Assembly: GCA_964057225.1 (NCBI GenBank) | Contig: OZ059896.1 | Location: forward strand, 22,754,001 to 22,818,000 | From: Auanema rhodensis | Taxonomy: Eukaryota; Animalia; Nematoda | DNA: 64,000 nucleotides | Reading direction: 5' to 3' | Part shown: positions 37,501-53,835 of the stretch, piece after piece | Numbering within the stretch: position 1 is the first letter of the stretch | Layout of the letters: each line of letters starts with the position of its first letter | Program-made: the position numbers and the translations under genes | The notes under the pieces: model-generated | What the model saw: only the letters and a program-made list of their open reading frames with translations | The model's database searches: none | Told to the model about the DNA's origin: nothing

Positions 37501-40500
37501 TAGATTCCCCATGTCCATATTAGTCTAAAAACAAATTTTTATTGATATTGGTTGATGGTAACCATGACTTTGAAATTTACGTGAACTTTAATTTATGCTA
37601 ATTAAATGTACACGTGATGTGCACTTGGTATGTAACTCGCTTCACGTGAAAGATAAAGAGATGCGGTTTTCAAAATTAGATTCCCCATGTCCATATTAGT
37701 CTAAAAACAAATTTTTATTAATATTGGTTCATGGTAACCATGTCTTTGAAATTTACGTGAACTTTAATTTATGCTAATTAAATGTACACGTGATGTGCAC
37801 TTGGTATGTAACTCGCTTCACGTGAAAGATAAAGAGATGCGGTTTTCAAAATTAGATTCCCCATGTCCATATTAGTCTAAAAACAAATTTTTATTAATAT
37901 TGGTTCATGGTAACCATGTCTTTGAAATTTACGTGAACTTTAATTTATGCTAATTAAATGTACACGTGATGTGCACTTGGTATGTAACTCGCTTCACGTG
38001 AAAGATAAAGAGATGCGGTTTTCAAAATTAGATTCCCCATGTCCATATTAGTCTAAAAACAAATTTTTATTGATATTGGTTCATGGTAACCATGACTTTG
38101 AAATTTACGTGAACTTTAATTTATGCTAATTAAATGTACACGTGATGTGCACTTGGTATGTAACTCGCTTCACGTGAAAGATAAAGAGATGCGGTTTTCA
38201 AAATTAGATTCCCCATGTCCATATTAGTCTAAAAACAAATTTTTATTGATATTGGTTCATGGTAACCATGACTTTGAAATTTACGTGAACTTTAATTTAT
38301 GCTAATTAAATCTACACGTGATGTGCACTTGGTATGTAACTCGCTTCACGTGAAAGATAAAGAGATGCGGTTTTCAAAATTAGATTCCCCATGTCCATAT
38401 TAGTCTAAAAACAAATTTTTATTGATATTGGTTCATGGTAACCATGTCTTTGAAATTTACGTGAACTTTAATTTATGCTAATTAAATGTACACGTGATGT
38501 GCACTTGGTATGTAACTCGCTTCACGTGAAAGATAAAGAGATGCGGTTTTCAAAATTAGATTCCCCATGTCCATATTAGTCTAAAAACAAATTTTTATTA
38601 ATATTGGTTCATGGTAACCATGTCTTTGAAATTTACGTGAACTTTAATTTATGCTAATTAAATGTACACGTGATGTGCACTTGGTATGTAACTCGCTTCA
38701 CGTGAAAGATAAAGAGATGCGGTTTTCAAAATTAGATTCCCCATGTCCATATTAGTCTAAAAACAAATTTTTATTGATATTGGTTCATGGTAACCATGAC
38801 TTTGAAATTTACGTGAACTTTAATTTATGCTAATTAAATGTACACGTGATGTGCACTTGGTATGTAACTCGCTTCACGTGAAAGATAAAGAGATGCGGTT
38901 TTCAAAATTAGATTCCCCATGTCCATATTAGTCTAAAAACAAATTTTTATTAATATTGGTTCATGGTAACCATGTCTTTGAAATTTACGTGAACTTTAAT
39001 TTATGCTAATTAAATGTACACGTGATGTGCACTTGGTATGTAACTCGCTTCACGTGAAAGATAAAGAGATGCGGTTTTCAAAATTAGATTCCCCATGTCC
39101 ATATTAGTCTAAAAACAAATTTTTATTGATATTGGTTCATGGTAACCATGACTTTGAAATTTACGTGAACTTTAATTTATGCTAATTAAATGTACACGTG
39201 ATGTGCACTTGGTATGTAACTCGCTTCACGTGAAAGATAAAGAGATGCGGTTTTCAAAATTAGATTCCCCATGTCCATATTAGTCTAAAAACAAATTTTT
39301 ATTGATATTGGTTCATGGTAACCATGACTTTGAAATTTACGTGAACTTTAATTTATGCTAATTAAATCTACACGTGATGTGCACTTGGTATGTAACTCGC
39401 TTCACGTGAAAGATAAAGAGATGCGGTTTTCAAAATTAGATTCCCCATGTCCATATTAGTCTAAAAACAAATTTTTATTGATATTGGTTCATGGTAACCA
39501 TGACTTTGAAATTTACGTGAACTTTAATTTATGCTAATTAAATGTACACGTGATGTGCACTTGGTATGTAACTCGCTTCACGTGAAAGATAAAGAGATGC
39601 GGTTTTCAAAATTAGATTCCCCATGTCCATATTAGTCTAAAAACAAATTTCTATCGATATTGGTTTATGGTAACCATGTCTTTGAAATTTACGTGAACTT
39701 TAATTTATGCTAATTAAATCTACACGTGATGTGCACTTGGTATGTAACTCGCTTCACGTGAAAAATAAAGAGATACGGTTTTCAAAATTAGATTCCCCAT
39801 GTCCATATTAGTCTAAAAACAAATTTTTATTGATATTGGTTCATGGTAACCATGACTTTGAAATTTACGTGAACTTTAATTTATGCTAATTAAATCTACA
39901 CGTGATGTGCACTTGGTATGTAACTCGCTTCACGTGAAAGATAAAGAGATGCGGTTTTCAAAATTAGATTCCCCATGTCCATATTAGTCTAAAAACAAAT
40001 TTTTATTGATATTGGTTCATGGTAACCATGACTTTGAAATTTACGTGAACTTTAATTTATGCTAATTAAATGTACACGTGATGTGCACTTGGTATGTAAC
40101 TCGCTTCACGTGAAAGATAAAGAGATGCGGTTTTCAAAATTAGATTCCCCATGTCCATATTAGTCTAAAAACAAATTTTTATTGATATTGGTTGATGGTA
40201 ACCATGACTTTGAAATTTACGTGAACTTTAATTTATGCTAATTAAATGTACACGTGATGTGCACTTGGTATGTAACTCGCTTCACGTGAAAGATAAAGAG
40301 ATGCGGTTTTCAAAATTAGATTCCCCATGTCCATATTAGTCTAAAAACAAATTTTTATTAATATTGGTTCATGGTAACCATGTCTTTGAAATTTACGTGA
40401 ACTTTAATTTATGCTAATTAAATGTACACGTGATGTGCACTTGGTATGTAACTCGCTTCACGTGAAAGATAAAGAGATGCGGTTTTCAAAATTAGATTCC

Positions 40501-41359
40501 CCATGTCCATATTAGTCTAAAAACAAATTTTTATTAATATTGGTTCATGGTAACCATGTCTTTGAAATTTACGTGAACTTTAACTTATGCTAATTAAATG
40601 TACACGTGATGTGCACTTGGTATGTAACTCGCTTCACGTGAAAAATAAAGAGATGCGGTTTTCAAAATTAGATTCCCCATGTCCATATTAGTCTAAAAAC
40701 AAATTTTTATTAATATTGGTTCATGGTAACCATGTCTTTGAAATTTACGTGAACTTTAATTTATGCTAATTAAATGTACACGTGATGTGCACTTGGTATG
40801 TAACTCGCTTCACGTGAAAGATGAAGAGATGCGGTTTTCAAAATTAGATTCCCCATGTCCATATTAGTTTAAAAACAAATTTTTATTGATATTGGTTCAT
40901 GGTAACCATGACTTTGAAATTTACGTGAACTTTAATTTATGCTAATTAAATGTACACGTGATGTGCACTTGGTATGTAACTCGCTTCACGTGAAAGATAA
41001 AGAGATGCGGTTTTCAAAATTAGATTCCCCATGTCCATATTAGTCTAAAAACAAATTTTTATTGATATTGGTTCATGGTAACCATGACTTTGAAATTTAC
41101 GTGAACTTTAATTTATGCTAATTAAATGTACACGTGATGTGCACTTGGTATGTAACTCGCTTCACGTGAAAGATAAAGAGATGCGGTTTTCAAAAGTAGA
41201 TTCCCCATGTCCATATTAGTCTAAAAACAAATTTTTATTGATATTGGTGCATGGTAACCATGACTTTGAAATTTACGTGAACTTTAATTTATGCTAATTA
41301 AATGTACACGTGATGTGCACTTGGTATGTAACTCGCTTCACGTGAAAGAGAAAGAGATG

Positions 41360-44300
41360 CGGTTTTCAAAATTAGATTCCCCATGTCCATATTAGTCTAA
41401 AAACAAATTTTTATTGATATTGGTTCATGGTAACCATGACTTTGAAATTTACGTGAACTTTAATTTATGCTAATTAAATGTACACGTGATGTGCACTTGG
41501 TATGTAACTCGCTTCACGTGAAAGATAAAGAGATGCGGTTTTCAAAATTAGATTCCCCATGTCCATATTAGTCTAAAAACAAATTTTTATTGATATTGGT
41601 TCATGGTAACCATGACTTTGAAATTTACGTGAACTTTAATTTATGCTAATTAAATGTACACGTGATGTGCACTTGGTATGTAACTCGCTTCACGTGAAAG
41701 ATAAAGAGATGCGGTTTTCAAAATTAGATTCCCCATGTCCATATTAGTCTAAAAACAAATTTTTATTGATATTGGTGCATGGTAACCATGACTTTGAAAT
41801 TTACGTGAACTTTAATTTATGCTAATTAAATGTACACGTGATGTGCACTTGGTATGTAACTCGCTTCACGTGAAAGATAAAGAGATGCGGTTTTCAAAAT
41901 TAGATTCCCCATGTCCATATTAGTCTAAAAACAAATTTCTATTGATATTGGTTTATGGTAACCATGACTTTGAAATTTACGTGAACTTTAATTTATGCTA
42001 ATTAAATGTACACGTGATGTGCACTTGGTATGTAACTCGCTTCACGTGAAAGATAAAGAGATGCGGTTTTCAAAATTAGATTCCCCATGTCCATATTAGT
42101 CTAAAAACAAATTTTTATTGATATTGGTTCATGGTAACCATGTCTTTGAAATTTACGTGAACTTTAATTTATGCTAATTAAATGTACACGTGATGTGCAC
42201 TCGGTATGTAACTCGCTTCACGTGAAAAATAAAGAGATGCGGTTTTCAAAATTAGATTCCCCATGTCCATATTAGTCTAAAAACAAATTTTTATTAATAT
42301 TGGTTCATGGTAACCATGTCTTTGAAATTTACGTGAACTTTAATTTATGCTAATTAAATGTACACGTGATGTGCACTTGGTATGTAACTCGCTTCACGTG
42401 AAAGAGAAAGAGATGCGGTTTTCAAAATTAGATTCCCCATGTCCATATTAGTTTAAAAACAAATTTTTATTGATATTGGTTCATGGTAACCATGACTTTG
42501 AAATTCACGTGAACTTTAATTTATGCTAATTAAATGTACACGTGATGTGCACTTGGTATGTAACTCGCTTCACGTGAAAGATAAAGAGATGCGGTTTTCA
42601 AAATTAGATTTTCCATGTCCATATTAGTCTAAAAACAAATTTCTATTGATATTGGTTCATGGTAACCATGACTTTGAAATTTACGTGAACTTTAATTTAT
42701 GCTAATTAAATGTACACGTGATGTGCACTTGGTATGTAACTCGCTTCACGTGAAAGATAAAGAGATGCGGTTTTCAAAATTAGATTCCCCATGTCCATAT
42801 TAGTCTAAAAACAAATTTTTATTGATATTGGTTCATGGTAACCATGACTTTGAAATTTACGTGAACTTTAATTTATGCTAATTAAATGTACACGTGATGT
42901 GCACTTGGTATGTAACTCGCTTCACGTGAAAGATAAAGAGATGCGGTTTTCAAAATTAGATTCCCCATGTCCATATTAGTCTAAAAACAAATTTTTATTG
43001 ATATTGGTTCATGGTAACCATGACTTTGAAATTTACGTGAACTTTAATTTATGCTAATTAAATGTACACGTGATGTGCACTTGGTATGTAACTCGCTTCA
43101 CGTGAAAGATAAAGAGATGCGGTTTTCAAAATTAGATTCCTCATGTCCATATTAGTCTAAAAACAAATTTTTATTGATATTGGTTGATGGTAACCATGAC
43201 TTTGAAATTTACGTGAACTTTAATTTATGCTAATTAAATGTACACGTGATGTGCACTTGGTATGTAACTCGCTTCACGTGAAAGATAAAGAGATGCGGTT
43301 TTCAAAATTAGATTCCCCATGTCCATATTAGTCTAAAAACAAATTTTTATTAATATTGGTTCATGGTAACCATGTCTTTGAAATTTACGTGAACTTTAAT
43401 TTATGCTAATTAAATGTACACGTGATGTGCACTTGGTATGTAACTCGCTTCACGTGAAAGATAAAGAGATGCGGTTTTCAAAATTAGATTCCCCATGTCC
43501 ATATTAGTCTAAAAACAAATTTTTATTAATATTGGTTCATGGTAACCATGTCTTTGAAATTTACGTGAACTTTAATTTATGCTAATTAAATGTACACGTG
43601 ATGTGCACTTGGTATGTAACTCGCTTCACGTGAAAGATAAAGAGATGCGGTTTTCAAAATTAGATTCCCCATGTCCATATTAGTCTAAAAACAAATTTTT
43701 ATTGATATTGGTTCATGGTAACCATGACTTTGAAATTTACGTGAACTTTAATTTATGCTAATTAAATGTACACGTGATGTGCACTTGGTATGTAACTCGC
43801 TTCACGTGAAAGATAAAGAGATGCGGTTTTCAAAATTAGATTCCCCATGTCCATATTAGTCTAAAAACAAATTTTTATTGATATTGGTTGATGGTAACCA
43901 TGACTTTGAAATTTACGTGAACTTTAATTTATGCTAATTAAATGTACACGTGATGTGCACTTGGTATGTAACTCGCTTCACGTGAAAAATAAAGAGATAC
44001 GGTTTTCAAAATTAGATTCCCCATGTCCATATTAGTCTAAAAACAAATTTTTATTGATATTGGTTCATGGTAACCATGACTTTGAAATTTACGTGAACTT
44101 TAATTTATGCTAATTAAATGTACACGTGATGTGCACTTGGTATGTAACTCGCTTCACGTGAAAGATAAAGAGATGCGGTTTTCAAAATTAGATTCCCCAT
44201 GTCCATATTAGTCTAAAAACAAATTTTTATTGATATTGGTTCATGGTAACCATGACTTTGAAATTTACGTGAACTTTAATTTATGCTAATTAAATGTACA

Positions 44301-46639
44301 CGTGATGTGCACTTGGTATGTAACTCGCTTCACGTGAAAGATAAAGAGATGCGGTTTTCAAAATTAGATTCCCCATGTCCATATTAGTCTAAAAACAAAT
44401 TTTTATTGATATTGGTGCATGGTAACCATGACTTTGAAATTTACGTGAACTTTAATTTATGCTAATTAAATGTACACGTGATGTGCACTTGGTATGTAAC
44501 TCGCTTCACGTGAAAGATAAAGAGATGCGGTTTTCAAAATTAGATTCCCCATGTCCATATTAGTCTAAAAACAAATTTCTATTGATATTGGTTTATGGTA
44601 ACCATGACTTTGAAATTTACGTGAACTTTAATTTATGCTAATTAAATGTACACGTGATGTGCACTTGGTATGTAACTCGCTTCACGTGAAAGATAAAGAG
44701 ATGCGGTTTTCAAAATTAGATTCCCCATGTCCATATTAGTCTAAAAACAAATTTTTATTGATATTGGTTCATGGTAACCATGTCTTTGAAATTTACGTGA
44801 ACTTTAATTTATGCTAATTAAATGTACACGTGATGTGCACTCGGTATGTAACTCGCTTCACGTGAAAAATAAAGAGATGCGGTTTTCAAAATTAGATTCC
44901 CCATGTCCATATTAGTCTAAAAACAAATTTTTATTAATATTGGTTCATGGTAACCATGTCTTTGAAATTTACGTGAACTTTAATTTATGCTAATTAAATG
45001 TACACGTGATGTGCACTTGGTATGTAACTCGCTTCACGTGAAAGAGAAAGAGATGCGGTTTTCAAAATTAGATTCCCCATGTCCATATTAGTTTAAAAAC
45101 AAATTTTTATTGATATTGGTTCATGGTAACCATGACTTTGAAATTCACGTGAACTTTAATTTATGCTAATTAAATGTACACGTGATGTGCACTTGGTATG
45201 TAACTCGCTTCACGTGAAAGATAAAGAGATGCGGTTTTCAAAATTAGATTTTCCATGTCCATATTAGTCTAAAAACAAATTTCTATTGATATTGGTTCAT
45301 GGTAACCATGACTTTGAAATTTACGTGAACTTTAATTTATGCTAATTAAATGTACACGTGATGTGCACTTGGTATGTAACTCGCTTCACGTGAAAGATAA
45401 AGAGATGCGGTTTTCAAAATTAGATTCCCCATGTCCATATTAGTCTAAAAACAAATTTTTATTGATATTGGTTCATGGTAACCATGACTTTGAAATTTAC
45501 GTGAACTTTAATTTATGCTAATTAAATGTACACGTGATGTGCACTTGGTATGTAACTCGCTTCACGTGAAAGATAAAGAGATGCGGTTTTCAAAATTAGA
45601 TTCCCCATGTCCATATTAGTCTAAAAACAAATTTTTATTGATATTGGTTCATGGTAACCATGACTTTGAAATTTACGTGAACTTTAATTTATGCTAATTA
45701 AATGTACACGTGATGTGCACTTGGTATGTAACTCGCTTCACGTGAAAGATAAAGAGATGCGGTTTTCAAAATTAGATTCCCCATGTCCATATTAGTCTAA
45801 AAACAAATTTTTATTGATATTGGTTGATGGTAACCATGACTTTGAAATTTACGTGAACTTTAATTTATGCTAATTAAATGTACACGTGATGTGCACTTGG
45901 TATGTAACTCGCTTCACGTGAAAGATAAAGAGATGCGGTTTTCAAAATTAGATTCCCCATGTCCATATTAGTCTAAAAACAAATTTTTATTAATATTGGT
46001 TCATGGTAACCATGTCTTTGAAATTTACGTGAACTTTAATTTATGCTAATTAAATGTACACGTGATGTGCACTTGGTATGTAACTCGCTTCACGTGAAAG
46101 ATAAAGAGATGCGGTTTTCAAAATTAGATTCCCCATGTCCATATTAGTCTAAAAACAAATTTTTATTAATATTGGTTCATGGTAACCATGTCTTTGAAAT
46201 TTACGTGAACTTTAATTTATGCTAATTAAATGTACACGTGATGTGCACTTGGTATGTAACTCGCTTCACGTGAAAGATAAAGAGATGCGGTTTTCAAAAT
46301 TAGATTCCCCATGTCCATATTAGTCTAAAAACAAATTTTTATTGATATTGGTTCATGGTAACCATGACTTTGAAATTTACGTGAACTTTAATTTATGCTA
46401 ATTAAATGTACACGTGATGTGCACTTGGTATGTAACTCGCTTCACGTGAAAGATAAAGAGATGCGGTTTTCAAAATTAGATTCCCCATGTCCATATTAGT
46501 CTAAAAACAAATTTTTATTGATATTGGTTGATGGTAACCATGACTTTGAAATTTACGTGAACTTTAATTTATGCTAATTAAATGTACACGTGATGTGCAC
46601 TTGGTATGTAACTCGCTTCACGTGAAAAATAAAGAGATA
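41360..46639. repeat. Near-perfect tandem duplication of a 15-monomer block (2640 bp x2)
   Basis: cactCggt at ~42202/44842, attCacgtg at 42506/45146, gattTTcc at ~42611/45251 and gatAcgg at 43999/46639 are all offset by 2640. One difference was seen (43141 T vs 45781 C). Confidence 0.9.
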
Positions 46640-49600
46640 CGGTTTTCAAAATTAGATTCCCCATGTCCATATTAGTCTAAAAACAAATTTTTATTGATAT
46701 TGGTTCATGGTAACCATGACTTTGAAATTTACGTGAACTTTAATTTATGCTAATTAAATCTACACGTGATGTGCACTTGGTATGTAACTCGCTTCACGTG
46801 AAAGATAAAGAGATGCGGTTTTCAAAATTAGATTCCCCATGTCCATATTAGTCTAAAAACAAATTTTTATTGATATTGGTTCATGGTAACCATGACTTTG
46901 AAATTTACGTGAACTTTAATTTATGCTAATTAAATGTACACGTGATGTGCACTTGGTATGTAACTCGCTTCACGTGAAAGATAAAGAGATGCGGTTTTCA
47001 AAATTAGATTCCCCATGTCCATATTAGTCTAAAAACAAATTTTTATTGATATTGGTTGATGGTAACCATGACTTTGAAATTTACGTGAACTTTAATTTAT
47101 GCTAATTAAATGTACACGTGATGTGCACTTGGTATGTAACTCGCTTCACGTGAAAGATAAAGAGATGCGGTTTTCAAAATTAGATTCCCCATGTCCATAT
47201 TAGTCTAAAAACAAATTTTTATTAATATTGGTTCATGGTAACCATGTCTTTGAAATTTACGTGAACTTTAATTTATGCTAATTAAATGTACACGTGATGT
47301 GCACTTGGTATGTAACTCGCTTCACGTGAAAGATAAAGAGATGCGGTTTTCAAAATTAGATTCCCCATGTCCATATTAGTCTAAAAACAAATTTTTATTA
47401 ATATTGGTTCATGGTAACCATGTCTTTGAAATTTACGTGAACTTTAATTTATGCTAATTAAATGTACACGTGATGTGCACTTGGTATGTAACTCGCTTCA
47501 CGTGAAAGATAAAGAGATGCGGTTTTCAAAATTAGATTCCCCATGTCCATATTAGTCTAAAAACAAATTTTTATTGATATTGGTTCATGGTAACCATGAC
47601 TTTGAAATTTACGTGAACTTTAATTTATGCTAATTAAATGTACACGTGATGTGCACTTGGTATGTAACTCGCTTCACGTGAAAGATAAAGAGATGCGGTT
47701 TTCAAAATTAGATTCCCCATGTCCATATTAGTCTAAAAACAAATTTTTATTGATATTGGTTGATGGTAACCATGACTTTGAAATTTACGTGAACTTTAAT
47801 TTATGCTAATTAAATGTACACGTGATGTGCACTTGGTATGTAACTCGCTTCACGTGAAAGATAAAGAGATGCGGTTTTCAAAATTAGATTCCCCATGTCC
47901 ATATTAGTCTAAAAACAAATTTTTATTAATATTGGTTCATGGTAACCATGTCTTTGAAATTTACGTGAACTCTAATTTATGCTAATTAAATGTACACGTG
48001 ATGTGCACTTGGTATGTAACTCGCTTCACGTGAAAGATAAAGAGATGCGGTTTTCAAAATTAGATTCCCCATGTCCATATTAGTCTAAAAACAAATTTTT
48101 ATTGATATTGGTTCATGGTAACCATGACTTTGAAATTTACGTGAACTTTAATTTATGCTAATTAAATGTACACGTGATGTGCACTTGGTATGTAACTCGC
48201 TTCACGTGAAAGATAAAGAGATGCGGTTTTCAAAATTAGATTCCCCATGTCCATATTAGTCTAAAAACAAATTTTTATTAATATTGGTTCATGGTAACCA
48301 TGTCTTTGAAATTTACGTGAACTCTAATTTATGCTAATTAAATGTACACGTGATGTGCACTTGGTATGTAACTCGCTTCACGTGAAAGAGAAAGAGATGC
48401 GGTTTTCAAAATTAGATTCCCCATGTCCATATTAGTCTAAAAACAAATTTTTATTGATATTGGTTCATGGTAACCATGACTTTGAAATTTACGTGAACTT
48501 TAATTTATGCTAATTAAATTTACACGTGATGTGCACTTGGTATGTAACTCGCTTCACGTGAAAGATAAAGAGATGCGGTTTTCAAAATTAGATTCCCCAT
48601 GTCCATATTAGTCTAAAAACAAATTTTTATTGATATTGGTTCATGGTAACCATGACTTTGAAATTTACGTGAACTTTAATTTATGCTAATTAAATGTACA
48701 CGTGATGTGCACTTGGTATGTAACTCGCTTCACGTGAAAGATAAAGAGATGCGGTTTTCAAAATTAGATTCCCCATGTCCATATTAGTCTAAAAACAAAT
48801 TTTTATTAATATTGGTTCATGGTAACCATGTCTTTGAAATTTACGTGATCTTTAATTTATGCTAATTAAATGTACACGTGATGTGCACTTGGTATGTAAC
48901 TCGCTTCACGTGAAAGATAAAGAGATGCGGTTTTCAAAATTAGATTCCCCATGTCCATATTAGTCTAGAAACAAATTTCTATTGATATTGGTTTATGGTA
49001 ACCATATCTTTGAAATTTACGTGAACTTTAATTTATGCTAATTAAATGTACACGTGATGTGCACTTGGTATGTAACTCGCTTCACGTGAAAGATAAAGAG
49101 ATGCGGTTTTCAAAATTAGATTCCCCATGTCCATATTAGTCTAGAAACAAATTTTTATTAATATTGGTTCATGGTAACCATGTCTTTGAAATTTACGTGA
49201 ACTTTAATTTATGCTAATTAAATGTACACGTGATGTGCACTTGGTATGTAACTCGCTTCACGTGAAAGAGAAAGAGATGCGGTTTTCAAAATTAGATTCC
49301 CCATGTCCATATTAGTCTAAAAACAAATTTTTATTGATATTGGTTCATGGTAACCATGACTTTGAAATTTACGTGAACTTTAATTTATGCTAATTAAATT
49401 TACACGTGATGTGCACTTGGTATGTAACTCGCTTCACGTGAAAGATAAAGAGATGCGGTTTTCAAAATTAGATTCCCCATGTCCATATTAGTCTAAAAAC
49501 AAATTTTTATTGATATTGGTTCATGGTAACCATGACTTTGAAATTTACGTGAACTTTAATTTATGCTAATTAAATGTACACGTGATGTGCACTTGGTATG

Positions 49601-50335
49601 TAACTCGCTTCACGTGAAAGATAAAGAGATGCGGTTTTCAAAATTAGATTCCCCATGTCCATATTAGTCTAAAAACAAATTTTTATTAATATTGGTTCAT
49701 GGTAACCATGTCTTTGAAATTTACGTGAACTTTAATTTATGCTAATTAAATGTACACGTGATGTGCACTTGGTATGTAACTCGCTTCACGTGAAAGATAA
49801 AGAGATGCGGTTTTCAAAATTAGATTCCCCATGTCCATATTAGTCTAAAAACAAATTTTTATTAATATTGGTTCATGGTAACCATGTCTTTGAAATTTAC
49901 GTGAACTTTAATTTATGCTAATTAAATGTACACGTGATGTGCACTTGGTATGTAACTCGCTTCACGTGAAAGATAAAGAGATGCGGTTTTCAAAATTAGA
50001 TTCCCCATGTCCATATTAGTCTAAAAACAAATTTTTATTGATATTGGTTCATGGTAACCATGACTTTGAAATTTACGTGAACTTTAATTTATGCTAATTA
50101 AATGTACACGTGATGTGCACTTGGTATGTAACTCGCTTCACGTGAAAGATAAAGAGATGCGGTTTTCAAAATTAGATTCCCCATGTCCATATTAGTCTAA
50201 AAACAAATTTTTATTGATATTGGTTGATGGTAACCATGACTTTGAAATTTACGTGAACTTTAATTTATGCTAATTAAATGTACACGTGATGTGCACTTGG
50301 TATGTAACTCGCTTCACGTGAAAGATAAAGAGATG

Positions 50336-53300
50336 CGGTTTTCAAAATTAGATTCCCCATGTCCATATTAGTCTAAAAACAAATTTTTATTAATATTGGT
50401 TCATGGTAACCATGTCTTTGAAATTTACGTGAACTCTAATTTATGCTAATTAAATGTACACGTGATGTGCACTTGGTATGTAACTCGCTTCACGTGAAAG
50501 AGAAAGAGATGCGGTTTTCAAAATTAGATTCCCCATGTCCATATTAGTCTAAAAACAAATTTTTATTGATATTGGTTCATGGTAACCATGACTTTGAAAT
50601 TTACGTGAACTTTAATTTATGCTAATTAAATTTACACGTGATGTGCACTTGGTATGTAACTCGCTTCACGTGAAAGATAAAGAGATGCGGTTTTCAAAAT
50701 TAGATTCCCCATGTCCATATTAGTCTAAAAACAAATTTTTATTGATATTGGTTCATGGTAACCATGACTTTGAAATTTACGTGAACTTTAATTTATGCTA
50801 ATTAAATGTACACGTGATGTGCACTTGGTATGTAACTCGCTTCACGTGAAAGATAAAGAGATGCGGTTTTCAAAATTAGATTCCCCATGTCCATATTAGT
50901 CTAAAAACAAATTTTTATTAATATTGGTTCATGGTAACCATGTCTTTGAAATTTACGTGATCTTTAATTTATGCTAATTAAATGTACACGTGATGTGCAC
51001 TTGGTATGTAACTCGCTTCACGTGAAAGATAAAGAGATGCGGTTTTCAAAATTAGATTTCCCATGTCCATATTAGTCTAGAAACAAATTTCTATTGATAT
51101 TGGTTTATGGTAACCATATCTTTGAAATTTACGTGAACTTTAATTTATGCTAATTAAATGTACACGTGATGTGCACTTGGTATGTAACTCGCTTGAAAGA
51201 TAAAGAGATGCGGTTTTCAAAATTAGATTCCCCATGTCCATATTAGTCTAAAAACAAATTTTTATTGATATTGGTTCATGGTAACCATGACTTTGAAATT
51301 TACGTGAACTTTAATTTATGCTAATTAAATGTACACGTGATGTGCACTTGGTATGTAACTCGCTTCACGTGAAAAATAAAGAGATGCGCTTTTCAAAATT
51401 AGATTCCCCATGTCCATATTAGTCTAAAAACAAATTTTTATTAATATTGGTTCATGGTAACCATGTCTTTGAAATTTACGTGAACTTTAATTTATGCTAA
51501 TTAAATGTACACGTGATGTGCACTTGGTATGTAACTCGCTTGAAAGATAAAGAGATGCGGTTTTCAAAATTAGATTCCCCGTGTCCATATTAGTCTAAAA
51601 ACAAATTTTTATTGATATTGGTTCATGGTAACCATGACTTTGAAATTTACGTGAACTTTAATTTATGCTAATTAAATGTACACGTGATGTGCACTTGGTA
51701 TGTAACTCGCTTCACGTGAAAGATAAAGAGATGCGGTTTTCAAAATTAGATTCCCCATGTCCATATTAGTCTAGAAACAAATTTCTATTGATATTGGTTT
51801 ATGGTAACCATATCTTTGAAATTTACGTGAACTTTAATTTATGCTAATTAAATGTACACGTGATGTGCACTTGGTATGTAACTCGCTTCACGTGAAAGAT
51901 AAAAAGATGCAGTTTTCAAAATTAGATTCCCCATGTCCATATTAGTCTAAAAACAAATTTTTATTGATATTGGTTCATGGTAACCATGACTTTGAAATTT
52001 ACGTGAACTTTAATTTATGCTAATTAAATGTACACGTGATGTGCACTTGTTATGTAACTCGCTTCACGTGAAAGATAAAGAGATGCGGTTTTCAAAATTA
52101 GATTCCCCATGTCCATATTAGTCTAAAAACAAATTTTTATTAATATTGGTTCATGGTAACCATGTCTTTGAAATTTACGTGAACTCTAATTTATGCTAAT
52201 TAAATGTACACGTGATGTGCACTTGGTATGTAACTCGCTTCACGTGAAAGAGAAAGAGATGCGGTTTTCAAAATTAGATTCCCCATGTCCATATTAGTCT
52301 AAAAACAAATTTTTATTGATATTGGTTCATGGTAACCATGACTTTGAAATTTACGTGAACTTTAATTTATGCTAATTAAATTTACACGTGATGTGCACTT
52401 GGTATGTAACTCGCTTCACGTGAAAGATAAAGAGATGCGGTTTTCAAAATTAGATTCCCCATGTCCATATTAGTCTAAAAACAAATTTTTATTGATATTG
52501 GTTCATGGTAACCATGACTTTGAAATTTACGTGAACTTTAATTTATGCTAATTAAATGTACACGTGATGTGCACTTGGTATGTAACTCGCTTCACGTGAA
52601 AGATAAAGAGATGCGGTTTTCAAAATTAGATTCCCCATGTCCATATTAGTCTAAAAACAAATTTTTATTAATATTGGTTCATGGTAACCATGTCTTTGAA
52701 ATTTACGTGATCTTTAATTTATGCTAATTAAATGTACACGTGATGTGCACTTGGTATGTAACTCGCTTCACGTGAAAGATAAAGAGATGCGGTTTTCAAA
52801 ATTAGATTTCCCATGTCCATATTAGTCTAGAAACAAATTTCTATTGATATTGGTTTATGGTAACCATATCTTTGAAATTTACGTGAACTTTAATTTATGC
52901 TAATTAAATGTACACGTGATGTGCACTTGGTATGTAACTCGCTTGAAAGATAAAGAGATGCGGTTTTCAAAATTAGATTCCCCATGTCCATATTAGTCTA
53001 AAAACAAATTTTTATTGATATTGGTTCATGGTAACCATGACTTTGAAATTTACGTGAACTTTAATTTATGCTAATTAAATGTACACGTGATGTGCACTTG
53101 GTATGTAACTCGCTTCACGTGAAAAATAAAGAGATGCGCTTTTCAAAATTAGATTCCCCATGTCCATATTAGTCTAAAAACAAATTTTTATTAATATTGG
53201 TTCATGGTAACCATGTCTTTGAAATTTACGTGAACTTTAATTTATGCTAATTAAATGTACACGTGATGTGCACTTGGTATGTAACTCGCTTGAAAGATAA

Positions 53301-53835
53301 AGAGATGCGGTTTTCAAAATTAGATTCCCCATGTCCATATTAGTCTAAAAACAAATTTTTATTGATATTGGTTCATGGTAACCATGACTTTGAAATTTAC
53401 GTGAACTTTAATTTATGCTAATTAAATGTACACGTGATGTGCACTTGGTATGTAACTCGCTTCACGTGAAAGATAAAGAGATGCGGTTTTCAAAATTAGA
53501 TTCCCCATGTCCATATTAGTCTAGAAACAAATTTCTATTGATATTGGTTTATGGTAACCATATCTTTGAAATTTACGTGAACTTTAATTTATGCTAATTA
53601 AATGTACACGTGATGTGCACTTGGTATGTAACTCGCTTCACGTGAAAGATAAAAAGATGCAGTTTTCAAAATTAGATTCCCCATGTCCATATTAGTCTAA
53701 AAACAAATTTTTATTGATATTGGTTCATGGTAACCATGACTTTGAAATTTACGTGAACTTTAATTTATGCTAATTAAATGTACACGTGATGTGCACTTGG
53801 TATGTAACTCGCTTCACGTGAAAGATAAAGAGATG
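50336..53835. repeat. Tandem duplication of a 10-monomer block containing two 171-bp monomers (period 1750 bp); a third partial copy lies at ~61047-62444
   Basis: The 5-bp deletions at 51194/52944 and 51541/53291, and gatgcgCt at 51389/53139, are offset by 1750 = 10x176-10. The same variant series recurs from 61047 (deletions at 61905 and 62252, gcgC at 62100). Confidence 0.9.
51040..51210 (+). repeat. First 171-bp deletion-variant monomer (loss of CACGT from TTCACGTGAA); eight copies in the window
   Basis: ctcgcttGAAAG replaces ctcgcttCACGTgaaag. Junctions fall after 51194, 51541, 52944, 53291, 54870, 61905, 62252 and 62775, and each shifts the array phase by 5. Confidence 0.97.
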